A stretch of 63,963 nucleotides of DNA, counting the filler, from Hyphochytrium catenoides (Eukaryota; Protista; Hyphochytriomycota): the NCBI GenBank assembly GCA_900088475.1. It is 20 parts of 20 records of this genome, joined end to end, with 100 filler letters (N's around TTAATTAATTAA, not from the genome) between each part and the next. Parts side by side here need not be neighbours in the genome. Positions count along the whole stretch, not along the records: positions 47,371 to 56,140 come from FLMG01004670.1; positions 56,241 to 57,895 come from FLMG01000829.1; positions 57,996 to 59,103 come from FLMG01000383.1; positions 59,204 to 61,285 come from FLMG01003821.1; positions 61,386 to 62,813 come from FLMG01001036.1; positions 62,914 to 63,963 come from FLMG01004526.1; 14 more parts are not named here. One strand, given 5' to 3'. Position 1 is the first letter of the stretch. Every line of letters starts with the position of its first letter. The translations under genes were made by a program, and so were the position numbers. The notes beneath the pieces were generated by a model that saw only the letters and a program-made list of their open reading frames with translations, was not told where the DNA came from and ran no database searches. This document shows positions 51,399 through 63,700 of this stretch, piece after piece.

Positions 51399-51994
51399 GT
51401 GGGACAGAGGAGTGGAGATGAGTGAAAAGAGAGAGAGAGAGAGACAAAAAAGAAAGAGACTGAAGAATGTAAGGGATCCTGATGCTTCCTTTGTCTTTTA
51501 ATATATACAGCTTAGGGCTTCCAACGGGTCTAACTTCCCTGCCTCTGCCGTATAGCGAGCACGCGTTGAAAGGGAAGACAAGAGAGAGAGAGACAAGGAG
51601 AGACAGATCCAAGAGAGAGCCGATTCACAAGTCAAATAAATGACAGGGGCAATGCTTGAGAGACAAGAGGAAACAAAGGGAGAGAAGGGAAGAGAAAGGA
51701 GAATGAACGGCTTCTGGGGACCTAGAGAAGCAAGGAGAAAGAGAGATGTAGGAGACAGGCAGACAGGGATGAGAAAGGAAGAGAAACTCCCGAGGCAGGG
51801 AGGGAGACAGAGAGAAGAAAGATCTCTATAGAGTTAAGGGCTGGCAGAGAGAGAAAACTGCCAAGCAGAGAGAGAGAGAGACAGAGAACAGATAAGCCCC
51901 TAGGTCTCGGAACTGGGCTGCAGCACTTCTGACACATAAGGTCTCCCGTCTCGAACAGTGGTCCGTCGCTTTCTCTTTTTTATCTGTGTCTCTT

Positions 51995-52336
51995 CTACGC
52001 CACACTTGCCAGTCTCTCGTCTTCCGCAATGGCCACAAAGAATCCTACAGTCTCCGCCATCAGCATCACGACCACAGCCAAGATAACGGCGGCGATCGCC
52101 AGTAATGCGGACAAGAAAGAGACCAGCAGGGCGCCGGCTGGGATGGCGCAGACGGCTAGAATCATGCACAGCAGAGCGATAGTAGACAGGCAGAAGGCGC
52201 CCAGGGCGGCGTGCATGGCCGCCGCTTTGCCATTCTCTGACCAGTTGGCCAGCCTTTCTGCTGTTTGAGGCTTGAGGAGATAGGAGAACCGTCGTCGGCC
52301 CATGTCGATGTGCGACCTGAAGAGACGGGATAGCAT
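51995..52336 (-). CDS. Small (113 aa) hydrophobic membrane/hairpin protein of unknown function
   Basis: GC-rich coding-like island between microsatellite tracts. The product MLSRLFRSH... has a ~50-aa uncharged stretch (AAAMHAALGAFCL...AVVVMLMA) with a central Pro. Confidence 0.65.
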   Translation of the reverse strand: MLSRLFRSHIDMGRRRFSYLLKPQTAERLANWSENGKAAAMHAALGAFCLSTIALLCMILAVCAIPAGALLVSFLSALLAIAAVILAVVVMLMAETVGFFVAIAEDERLASVA

Positions 52337-52345
52337 CTTTGACCG

Positions 52346-52381
<36 letters not shown>

Positions 52382-53152
52382 GCAGCACCGCGCGCGAGAG
52401 AGAGAAAGAGGCAACACGGGCTTGGGTATGGGAAGGGAAGAGAAAACGGAAGGGAGACGAACAAAGAGAAGCGGAATTTGGAAACTTGACAGATTAGGGG
52501 CAGAGGGGGAAGTCTTGACACCACGACGCTGCCGGTACGAGGTGAGAGAGAGAGAGAGAGAGAAAGAGAAAGAGAGCAGACGAGATGCCTTCGACTACTT
52601 GCGGTCACACACCGAGAGAGACACACGGAGAGACAGACAAAGCGAGAGCTGTCGCTGTTCAATGGCCCAGCGAGCAAAAAGAGATAGTCCTCAGGGCGGG
52701 TCGTCGGATAGAATCCTCAAGGCATCAGCTAAGGTCTCAAGCGCAGGATGGGGAGACAGAAAGACAGGGCAGAGAAAAACAGAGAGAGAGAGAGTGTGTG
52801 TGTGTTTGTGAGAGAGAGAGAGAGAGAATAGGGAGAAACAAAGATCAGTGGCTCATGCTCTGGCAGGACACTCTTAGAGGTGGAGGCAAGAAAGAGAGGA
52901 GTTGGGAGAAGGGAAACAGGAGAAGAGAGAAAGCAAAAGCAAGCAAGAGGCTGACAACGGTGATGTCGGGAGGCCGGGAGTTGAGAGAGAGTGGGCTTTC
53001 CTAGCCGTGGGAAGCTGGAGCAGAAGTGAATCGGTGTCGTGTCCGTTCGTCTGTCTTTTGGTCTCTCTCTCTCTCCTCTTTCTCTCTCTCCCCTCTTTAC
53101 CTCTCTACCTTTGCCGTTATTGGTCTCCAAGTACCTTGGTACATGTATCCTC

Positions 53153-53187
<35 letters not shown>

Positions 53188-53412
53188 GTGTCTCTCTTCC
53201 TCTCTCCTCTCTCCCTCTCTTTCTCTCTCTCTCTTCCTTCCATCTGCCGTTTGATATTTTTGATAACGGATATCGATGATAACCAGAGAATTGATATGTT
53301 ATATCAACGTTTGTCTGCTACTGGGGGTTGTCTCTGCAGTTCGTGGAAGAGTTAGTACAGGGCCATCAGAAGATGAGAAGCATCAAGCACTGACTTTTCT
53401 CATGAGCAAGCC

Positions 53413-53469
<57 letters not shown>

Positions 53470-53726
53470 GCTCTCCCTCTCCCCTCTCTCCCTCTCATCT
53501 CAGCTCGCTCGCTCTCTGCGAGTGCCATCTATTGCTTGTGTCTCTTCATGTACCGAGCTGAGCTGCATGTGCGCTATAGGAGAGTATATTAGGCTAAGAC
53601 AGCCAGAGAGAGAAAGATGCCGGAAGCGGATAGCGAGAGGAAGAAAGCAAGAAAGAGTGAATAATCAGCTTGAAACAGTGAAAGCAAGCGTGAGTGCCCA
53701 AGAGAGAGAGAACCGCAGAGGAGACA

Positions 53727-55841
53727 ATGGCTTCGACTGAGCATGGTGAGCAAGGAGACGTGTTAGAACCTTTGTCAGGAACTGCGGAGCAGAACCTGCC
53801 GACAGAGCCAAGTGAGGAGAGAAAGGGTGCTGAAACAGCAGAAAACACGGTAGCTTCGGCCAACGTTACAGGTCCAGCTGTCTTTGTCTACCTTCTCTGT
53901 CTCTCTCTCTCTCGTACGCCCTCGATCTGTCTCACTCCTGCTGTCTCTCTCTGTCTCCGTCTCTCCCCTCACTGTCTCTGTGTGTCTCTCACTGTCGCTC
54001 TCCCTCTCCCCTTCTCTCTTTCTTTCTCTCTTCTCCATCTACTTCTTTTCATCTATTCCTTCTCGCTATCTTTACCCTTCCGGTCACCTCACCTGTCTCT
54101 GTGAGCCATCGAGAGAGTCTCACACTGCGCCAATTCCCAGGTTTATCCAAGAAAGCTCAGAAGAGGCTGCAGAAAGCTGAGCTGTGGAAGGAGAAGAAGA
54201 AGCAGAAGCTCAAGGAGAAGAAGGAGGCAAAGCGATTACAGCGGGAGGCCAAAGAGAGAGAAGGACCGGAAGATGAGAATGAGCGGCAGCGGCGGGAGCC
54301 CAGTACAGAACCAGGAGGTAAGACGCCTCTCGGCCCTATCCTTAGTACGCAGACCAAAGAGAGAGAGAGACAGAGAGACAGAAAGAGAGACATAGAGGGA
54401 GAGAGAGAGGAACACGAGAGAGAGAGTGACAGAGACACAGAAAGATAGAGAGACACAGAGACACAGAGATACAGAAAGAGAGAGAGACACAGAGACGCAG
54501 AGAGAAAAAAAGAGAGACAGACACAGACACAGACAGAGACAAAGACACACTGGCACAGACGGAGAGAGAGAGACACACACAGAGAGAAGGAGTGAGAGAG
54601 AAAGAAGAGGGCGGTTCGGGAATAGAGAGCCATAAGAGAGGGCGAGCTAGCGTTTCGAAGGTTCCTGTATGAACTCATCTCTCTCTCTCTCTACACAGAA
54701 AGTAGAGAAGAGCGGAGGCGAAAGCGCGAGGAAGAGTTTCAGGAGCGCCTAAAGGATGGATACAGAGTCGTAATAGACTGTGACTTTGAGGAGCAACTCC
54801 ATGAGAAAGAGAAGAGGAGCTTGGTCCAGCAGATGATGTAAGCGTTTGCCAAGCTTCAGCTCATTTGCGGGATCCTCTCACTGTCTTCTTTGCTCTCTTG
54901 CGCGTCGCTTCATACTTCCTTTGCCCTCTTGCCTCTTGCACTTCAAATCTCGTTGTCCCTCATGTCTTCTTGCGTCCATCTGTTTCGCTGCTTCCCACCT
55001 GCTAGTCTCTCCCTCTTTCTCGGGGTCTCTTTCTCTCTAACTTTCTCTTTCTTTCTTTCCCTTGTTCTCTCTCTCTCTCTCTCTCCTTCTCTCTCTCTCT
55101 TCTCGCATTCTCTCTCTCTCTCTTCTCTCGCCTACTTTCACTATCTCTGTGCCGTTTGTTTTGCTTTGCCTTGCTCTCTTATTTCGCGTCTCCTTTATCG
55201 CTTGGTTGCCCTGCGTATGCTGCTCGCCAGGTACTGTCACGGTGCCAATCAGCGGTCCACTGCGCCCAGCCAAATTTTTATCACTAGCCTTAGAGGTCGC
55301 ACAGAGGAAAGACTAAAGAATATTGGAGGATACGCTAACTGGCCGAGAAAGGGAGTAAGAACCAGTTCTTCGACCTCTCCTGCACTTCGCTCTCGTCAGT
55401 GCTGATGATGCCTATGGACATTTTTCTGTGTGCCTTTTTTCTCTCTCTGACCCTCTCCCTCTCTCTCCCTCTCTCTCGCTATCTCTCTCTCTCTCTGTTT
55501 GCGTGGGTTGTGTTGCCCTCTCTCTTTCCCCCTCTCTCTCTCTCTCGGCATTGCATTAATACGTGCACCCGAGCGTTAATGGTCTGCCTTCTATCTCTCT
55601 CTGGTCTCGGTTCTCATATCTCCATTCTCTTAGTCTTGTCTTTACGGCCTGGCCATCGCTCTGTCAAGCACTAAAGTTGCCCCATCTTTCAGGTTCAGTT
55701 CACTTCTGAGTCCTATCTGAAGCTCTTTCCCAAAGAAGATCTAGTCTACCTCACGGCAGACTCCCCGAACGAAATAGAAGACCTAGATTATTCTAAGGTA
55801 TTCTTAGGTTCCACCTGACGGCAGAGTGCCCACCAGCGCGT

Positions 55842-55902
<61 letters not shown>

Positions 55903-56140
55903 TACACACACATACACACACACAGCTTAGCTAATCTCTGGACCGTTCTGACCCACGGCCTCTCCTTCCTGTGTGTCCAGCTGAGCCGTCCCCTTGGTTC
56001 TCCTCCTCACCGTGTCTGTCCTTTCCATCCTTCACCATAGGTGTATATCATCGGTGGGATCGTCGATAGGAATCGCCTCAAGGGTGCCACGTTCAAGAAA
56101 GCTCAGGATCAAGGGATTGGGACGGCGCGGCTGCCCTTGA
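53727..56140 (+). CDS. TRM10: tRNA (guanine-9-N1)-methyltransferase Trm10 (3' truncated)
   Basis: Exons give [53 protein letters not shown] and [15 protein letters not shown]...TARLPL. Confidence 0.95.
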
Positions 56141-56240
56141 NNNNNNNNNNNNNNNNNNNNNNNNNNNNNNNNNNNNNNNNNNNNTTAATTAATTAANNNN
56201 NNNNNNNNNNNNNNNNNNNNNNNNNNNNNNNNNNNNNNNN

Positions 56241-57760
56241 GACCACAGGAGAGAAGGTCTCCTGATAGTCAATACCTTCCTGTTGCGTAAGACCTCGGGC
56301 AACCAGTCTGGCCTTGAAGCGATCAATCTCACAGTCCGAGTTCTGCTTGACCTTGAACAGCCACTTAGAGGTAATTGCCTTCCTGCCTGGTGGCAAAGGC
56401 ACAAGCTCCCAAGTATCGTTGTCAACGAGAGATTGATACTCGGCATCCATAGCTTCCTTCCATCGCTCAGCTTCAGGAGAGGCCATGGCCTCAGAGAAGG
56501 TGAGAGGCTCATCTACATCAGCCGCAGCTGCTGCGGCCATCGCAAATTCCTCCGCCACAAAGTAGGAAGACACCATAAACTCCTTGATGACAGGCTTCTT
56601 CACTCGGCTCGATCTCCAGGGCTCCTTGTCTGATTTCTCTTCTTCCACCGCCGGCTCCTTCTCCTCTTGGACGAGTTCTCCAGGCACCTCAACTGCTGGC
56701 TCCAGAGGCTGCTGTTCTTCATCCTCCAAGAACAGGAAAATATCATCGGCGGGGTAGTTGTACAGCTCCCTACCCTCTATGTGGAACTTCTGTTCATGGA
56801 AAATTACATCCTTGCGGATGACAATCTTCTTGCTGATCGGGTCCATAAGTCTGTACCCACGCTGATGCTCCGGATAGCCCAAGAAGATATAGGGCTTGCT
56901 CCTTGCGTCCAGAGATTCTCGTTGAGTGCTGGGAATGTAACCGTACGCCACACAGCCGAAGACTCTCAAATACTGAAGGGATGGCTTTTTCCCCGTTAGA
57001 GCTTCAAAAGGAGTGTTGCCTTTTAGAAAAGATGATGGGCATCGGTTCCGAATATAAGTGGCAGCTTGAATGGCTTCAGCCCAGAAGACTTTCGGTAGTC
57101 TAGCGTGATGCAGCATGCACCTAGCCATGTCCACCAGGGAGGTTTTTACGTTCTGCTTTCCCATTTTGTTGCGGGTTGTAGGGGGCAGTACTCTGATGCT
57201 CAATTCCATGCTTCTTCAGAAAGTCCTTAAAGCAATTTGAAGTATATTCTCCCCCGTTGTCGCTCACTAGGGTCTTGATCTTCTTCCCAGTTTTATTCTC
57301 CATGAATGCTTTGAACCCCTTAAACTTTCCAAAGACCTCGCTCTTCTCCCGGACGAAGTTCGTGCACGTGTAGCTCGTACTCTCCTCGATGAAGGTCACA
57401 TAGTACCGCTTTCCGCTTAAAGATGGGACTTCTAAGGGGCCTTTGACTTTCGAATGGATCCGTTCCATCAACCCAGCTTCTTGAGGATGGTTGCTGGCCG
57501 GTGATGGTGAGCGCACCATCTTGCCTTGAGGGCATGTAGCATAAGGCTCTTCGTCTCCCTTTTCCTTGGGTAGTACAAGACCTGTAGCTACCTCTTCAAG
57601 CTTCTGAAGATTCTTGGCTCCAAGGTGGCCTAGGCGCTGATGCCAAAGCGCAGTGCTTGCTACTCCCTCCCTGGCTGGGAATGCTGCTTCAGCTTTTTGG
57701 GTGAGAACTCGCCCTTCCAGCACATACTGATGAACTTTACAGAGATGGGTGGCAATGCCT
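56241..57760 (-). mobile_element. Ty1/copia pol fragment (GAG-pre-integrase, integrase, start of RT) with a frameshift near 57145
   Basis: LWHQRLGH, LVSDNGGEY, PQQNGKAERKN / LVDMARCML..FWAEA, LRVFGC, EP.TFSEA..WKEAMDAEYQSL..N.TWELV and RFKARLVARG. The integrase-before-RT order is diagnostic of copia. Confidence 0.95.
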
Positions 57761-57995
57761 GAAGGTTCTGTATGAGCACAATCTAGATGCAATGATAACA
57801 AAGGGACTTGGTATTGATGTGTGTGGAGATTTCTCTATGTCATGACTCATTCCTGAGAGCCTGGTCTGGACTCGAGATCTTTTGCTCGGCCCAGCNNNNN
57901 NNNNNNNNNNNNNNNNNNNNNNNNNNNNNNNNNNNNNNNTTAATTAATTAANNNNNNNNNNNNNNNNNNNNNNNNNNNNNNNNNNNNNNNNNNNN

Positions 57996-59103
57996 GGAGC
58001 TCTCCGGCCTTGATGTACGCCTTCAGCACCTCAGAGCAGGTGATTTTACTGGGCTTCACGCCAGCCTCAGGCATGCGCTGGTACAGGATCTCCTCCACTG
58101 TCTGCAACTGACCCATAGACCCATAGCCTCCCAGGAGCAGGTTGAAGTGCACACCATCCTCCCTCACTCCTAGGGATGGCATGCCCTCACGCAGAAACAT
58201 CTCTGCCTTCTGGAGCTCTCCAGCCTTGATATACGCCTTCAGCACCTCAGAGCAGGTGATTTTACTGGGCTTCACACCAGCCTCAGGCATGCGCTTGTAT
58301 AGGATCTCCTCCATTGTCTGCAACTGACCGATAGACCCATAGCCTCCCAGGAGCAGGTTGAAGTGCACACCATCCTGCTTCAGTCCTAGCGATGGCATGC
58401 CCTCACGCAGAAACATCTCTGCCTTCTGGAGCTCTCCAGCCTTGCTATACGCCTTCAGCACCTCTGCGCAGGTGATTTTACTGGGCTTCACGCCAGCCTC
58501 AGGCATGCGCTTGTACAGGATCTCCTCCATTGTCTGCAACTGGCCCATAGAGCCATAGCCTCCCAGGAGCAGGTTAAAGTGAAAATCAGTTGGCTTCACT
58601 CCTAGCGACCGTATGCCCTCACGCAGAAACATCTCTGCCTTCTGGAGCTCTCCAGCCTTGATGTACGCCTTCAGCACCTCAGAGCAGGTGATCTCATCGG
58701 GCTTCACGCCAGCCTCAGGCATGCGCTTGTACAGGAGCTCCTCCATTGTCTGCAACTGACCCATAGACCCATAGCCTCCCACGAGCAGAGTGAAGTGAAT
58801 ATCAGTTGGCTTCACTCCTAGCGACCGTACGCCCTCACGCAGAAACATCTCTGCCTTCTGGAGCTCTCCAGCCTTGATGTACGCCTTCAGCACCTCACAA
58901 CAGGTGATCGCATCAGGCTCCACCCCAGCCTCCGGCATGCGTTGGTACAGGATCTCCTCCACTGTCTGCAACTGGCCCATAGACCCATAGCCTCCCAGGA
59001 GCAGGTTAAAGTGAATATCAGTTGGCTTCACTCCTAGCGACCGTATGCCCTCACGCAGAAACATCTCTGCCTTTTCCAGCTCTCCGGCCTTGATGTACGC
59101 CTT
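57996..59103 (-). CDS. Pentatricopeptide-repeat-like protein: array of alternating near-identical 36-aa motifs (72-aa / 216-nt unit, ~5 units), open at both ends
   Basis: The whole contig is one open frame. Motif A DIHFNLLLGGYGSMGQLQTVEEILYQRMPEAGVEPD and motif B EITCSEVLKAYIKAGELQKAEMFLREGIRSLGVKPT fit the PPR consensus (F/YN.L...Y...G....A......M...G..PD). Confidence 0.9.
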
Positions 59104-60080
59104 NNNNNNNNNNNNNNNNNNNNNNNNNNNNNNNNNNNNNNNNNNNNTTAATTAATTAANNNNNNNNNNNNNNNNNNNNNNNNNNNNNNNNNNNNNNNNN
59201 NNNAAGCTACTCTTTACGACCAGGTCAAAGGCGCGTGCCTGGTGACACTTCTTCTGGCCCGTCCAACTCTACTTTCTATTTCTACCGAAACATGCTACTA
59301 GTCTTACTCTTGCTACGTATCTAAGGGCCTAAGCTTTGACTCTCTAAAAGCGCAGCTCAATACTTTTCCCTCTAAGTCTAGAACTCTATCTTTCCTATAA
59401 TCCTAGATAAGACCAAAGTAAAAGAACAACCACAAAGAGTCAGATGAAAGAACGTGAGAGAAGTGTTTGATCCTCAACAACTAGAAGCAAAAGCATCAGG
59501 GTATCATTTATTGTAATGATACACTCACGTCGAGACGCCGGAGATGTCCTCTCTTTTCCTTTCTATTTCTCTATCTTCTCGCTCTTTCGCCGCTCCTTGA
59601 TGTCTTTCCCCTCTTGTCCCTCTATCAACCATGAAATTGTGCGAGAGTGCAGAGAGTCACGAGATTTTTTTTCTAGCAAACAAACAAAACCCTTTAGGAG
59701 AGAGAGAGAGAGTCAATATTTGACGTATGCAGCTATCTCTTCTGCTTCTATCTTCTGTTTCTCCTTTCTTCTCCCTCCAAATTGGTAAATTTTCTTTCAG
59801 TAGGGGACACTCCATCTGCCCTCTCTTCTTCCTCCAGTCATCTCGGCCCAGGTGCCTGACGCTTGTCACCGGGAAAAACGTTACATAGAAAGCGAGGGGA
59901 GACAGAGCATGCATGAGTATACGAATGAGAAGGTATGGAAGAGTAGGAAAAGGAACAAAGAAGAAACGGGCATGCTCATTTTTCTTTGCCTGTGGCAGAG
60001 ATAGAAGTAGGAGTGAGGGACAACAAGGTGACATACTAAAGTACGAGTAATGAAAGGCGTGTAGGACAGAGCAAAACAGT

Positions 60081-60570
60081 CAATGGATCCTTAGATATCT
60101 CAGGTGTACGGAAAAATATGGCCGAGCCTTCAGAGGTGGTAGCCCTTGAAGCTATTTGCGGGTACACAGATGCCGACTGGGCGGAAGATCTGGTGGACGG
60201 AAGTCTACCTATGGATTGGTTTTCTTACTAGCCGGAAATGCAATGACGTGGGCATCTAAAAGGCAGAAGTCTGTGGCTCTTTCCAGTACAGAAGCCGAAT
60301 ATGTTGGGGCCAATGAGGCTGCAAGGGAACTCCTTTGACTGAAGTAAGGTGCGAAAGCTCTCGGAGTTGGTATAGACTCTCCTCTAGTCCTTCACGAGGA
60401 CAATCAAGGGCCTATTTCACTAGCTAAGGATGAGAGCCACAAGTGGCGGACGAAGCATCGTGATGTGAAATATCACTTTGTGCGTGAGTGTCTTCAATCT
60501 GGATTGGTTCAGCTTCTCTACTGCCGCACGGAAGAGATGATAGCTGACATGTTGACGAAGGCATTGCCCC
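60081..60570 (+). pseudogene. Degenerate Ty1/copia RT end and RNase H
   Basis: ILRYL..GYTDADWAED / RKSTYG..TWASKRQKSVALSSTEAEY..EDNQG..RTKHRDVKYHFVRE..MIADMLTKAL, with a frameshift and two in-frame stops. Confidence 0.93.
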
Positions 60571-61409
60571 GGTCAATCCCTTCGCCGACATTGTGATGCA
60601 TTCAAGCTGGGAGACCTGTGACGCAAAGAGAAGTTTGTAGCTTAGTGAGTACAGGTTACGCACAGAGGTTACTATGGAGATGTCACTGGTCAACTGTAAC
60701 GGATCAGGAGAGAAGCTGTTGCTTACCTAACCCCAAGGATCTTAGTCAGGTGAGGTCAGAGAACACTCGACCTGTCTATCAAGGGGTGACTACTTGACTC
60801 TGGCGTAGGAAGCCTTAGGCTAGGGTTACCTCTGCGTCTCTTATGGACATACCCGGACTCTCTCATTCTGTAGGGATATTTGCCAACAGTCACTGTGCTG
60901 TGCTGACAAATCTCTTTGTAGACTTGAACTTGGTGAAAGCTTGTATCTCTAACTAAGACTCTCTTTTTAGGAGAGGTCCGATAAATCCCAATGAACCGTA
61001 CTTGAGAAACAGACACCTAGCGTGCAAATGAATCTCCACATAAGTGACTAGCGAGAAAGAACTCTGTGCTACACAGCTCATAGTCTCAACTTTCTTTTCT
61101 CTCTAAAGTAACATGTAGAACAATGTAAACAAGTCGACCCGGATGAATGAAGTTGCGGTAGAAGAGTTAGGAGCGTGAAAATGAGTGGGCATTCGCAAGG
61201 TTAGAAAAGAGTATGGGAGAGTAGTTGCTACAAAGAAGAAGCATTTTCAAGTTATGATAGATACTGTGGAGGGCAGTTGGTGCTANNNNNNNNNNNNNNN
61301 NNNNNNNNNNNNNNNNNNNNNNNNNNNNNTTAATTAATTAANNNNNNNNNNNNNNNNNNNNNNNNNNNNNNNNNNNNNNNNNNNNAAGGAAGAAAGAGAG
61401 GAGACGCTG

Positions 61410-62780
61410 GCTGACCTGACGTGAAGGTCAGCGTCGGTGGAGTGCCTGACGAGGAAGACAAGGCATTGGTGTCAAGAAACAGAGGAGAGACGTCTCCCCG
61501 GTCTGGGAAGCTGATGGTAGACATCACCCCTGCGCCTCCTCCACAGACAGTGGAAGCTCCACCAGAGAAACTCACGCTGATCGGCTGTTCAGAGGGCATC
61601 CCAGGCAAAGCCTAAGAGAGAGAGAGACGGGAAACGCCAATGAGATGGGAGAGAGAAATGACGAAGCACGAGCTAGGAGGTAATTCGAAGAAGAGTATTG
61701 TGGGCCGAGATATGACCTGCGACCCTCGACGTCTCTCTCTCCCTCTTGATCTCTGTCCCTTCATGTTCCTTCGCTCTCTCGCTCTCTCTGTGGCTGTCTA
61801 TGTCTCTCTGTCTCTCTATCTCTTCTCATCGTGTCTCTGTTTATTAGAACTTTCACCTTCAGCGCCTCAACTAACACTGCTGTGCTGGCACTATGAGGGA
61901 TGGCAGCGGTCAGCTCCCCGCGATACATCAGCACGAAGCTGCCCGAGCAGGTCGCACCACAGGTGCAAGTAAGCGTGATGATCTCATCCGTTTGACCCTG
62001 AGATGCCAGGGAACAGAGAGAGAGAGAGAGAACGAGAAGATAGGAGGGGAGGTGTTGGCGAAGAGAGATATCGCGACAGGCAGATAGAGAGAGGGACACA
62101 GCGATAGAGAGCGAGTTAGAGCGAGAGAGAGGAAGGAACATAGAGAGACAGGGAGAGAAGCGAGAGAAAGTGATAGATAAGGCTACAAGGGCCGAAGAAG
62201 AAAAGTTCTTGACGAAAGGACGGGAGTTTGGTCTAGAAGTCTGGGCTGCTGCTGGAAAAGCCCGATGACAGCAAAATGACAGAGAAATTGCAGAGCTGGG
62301 TCACTCGCTAAGAGCAGCGCTTCCCCATTTACCGTCGTCAAAGGATCATCTCCTCTTGGACATTCCCTTAGAGAGAGACAGAGAGCGCTATTAGCTCAAC
62401 AAGATAAAAGATTAGACAGTGTCATATCAATTGACGGGGACCGAGGGAATGTACCTCTAAGTCCACAGGTTGAAAGGTGAAGAACGAAAGAGGAACGAGA
62501 TGCCACGGAGGGAGAGGAAGGAGAGAAAAGCTAGGAGAGAAGGGTCGAAAGACATCATGAACCAAGAGAGAAATCGCTGTACTCCCCAGGTTGTCCAACT
62601 ACCTGGAGGAGCAATCGTGGCCCATAAATCCATCATCGCAGACACATCCTTGGACCTTGCGGGCATCCCACGGCTCTGAGTAATCCCAGCGATAGAAGAG
62701 AGTCCTGCCGTCCACCTTCTGGGCCAGATCTTCCATTGACATGCACGCGCCGTGACCGCTGCAGGCACTCTCACAAGCCA
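61410..62780 (-). CDS. Tenascin/mastigoneme-like EGF-repeat extracellular protein, internal exons
   Basis: CSGHGACMSM..WDARKVQGCVCDDGFMGHDCSSR / ECPRGDDPLTT / GQTDEIITLTC..GSFVLMYRGELTAAI..VEALK / ALPG..VSFSGGASTVC. This pattern is typical of stramenopile EGF-repeat proteins. Confidence 0.85.
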
Positions 62781-63109
62781 CTGGCGGCAAGAACGATCGG
62801 GAGGCGGAGATAANNNNNNNNNNNNNNNNNNNNNNNNNNNNNNNNNNNNNNNNNNNNTTAATTAATTAANNNNNNNNNNNNNNNNNNNNNNNNNNNNNNN
62901 NNNNNNNNNNNNNACATTGAAAGAGAGGGACACAGAGAGAGGAACAGAGAAAGAGTGATACAGCAGCGGAATGCTAATGCGAAGGCCGCAACAGAATGGG
63001 AAGAGCGAAATGACCAGAGTGAAGAGGTGGGGACCAAGTCAGAAGATAACGAGTAAGGAATAGGAGAGTGACGCTAAAAGGGAGACAAGATACGGTAGGG
63101 AAGACCTAC

Positions 63110-63668
63110 AGTGGACAGCGCCACAGTCCACATGTTAGCTTTCCACCCGCCAAAGGCGAGGGAAACATGGACAAGCGAGCTAATCAGAAAACCCAGCATA
63201 TTGGCGATGAAGGTGAATAAAGGAAAGGACGGGATGCGGCTGTTATACTGAGCTAGCCACCACCGCAGCAGAGCTCCTGGCGGACCCCAGGCTGTTGCCA
63301 GCCAATACTGCCTTCTATTGTGTTTAGCATCGGTGAAGGCGAGAATCCAGAGAGAAAGGGACAAACCTCCCAGGAGAAGAAGCTTGATCCAAAGTGCCGC
63401 ATGTCTTCTCTGTGTCTTGCGATGTGAGCTCTCGCATGGGGCAAAAGCCTCCTCTAGCTCGGCAGTTCTAGCTCCAAGCACATCCACGAGGTCTAAGAGG
63501 ACAGAGTGAAGAGACTTGCCGACTGCGGTGGCAGAAGGAGAGGAAGCTGGAGCAATGTCTCCTGTCTTGCTAAGGCCATCAAGTGCCTCTTTAGCGTCTG
63601 CCTGTAGCTAACAGAGTAAAGGAAGGCTGCGTAAGTCACAAATGGACGTGGAAGAGGAGAAGGCGAGA

Positions 63669-63700
<32 letters not shown>

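Noticed and set aside
60337-60348. In-frame TGA/TAA in copia RNase H as evidence of an alternative genetic code or RIP
   Set aside because: The element also has a frameshift and host genes use standard stops. Only one of the two stop-generating changes fits a CpA-to-TpA pattern.
56241-60570. PPR array apparently embedded between copia integrase and copia RNase H (a retroelement carrying a PPR cargo)
   Set aside because: The three pieces are separate contigs joined by artificial linkers, and the two copia fragments are on opposite strands. The adjacency is uninformative.
63494-63520. Possible 27-nt GC-AG mini-intron in FEX
   Set aside because: The sequence reads through in frame (VGKSLHSVLLDLVD), so no intron is required.
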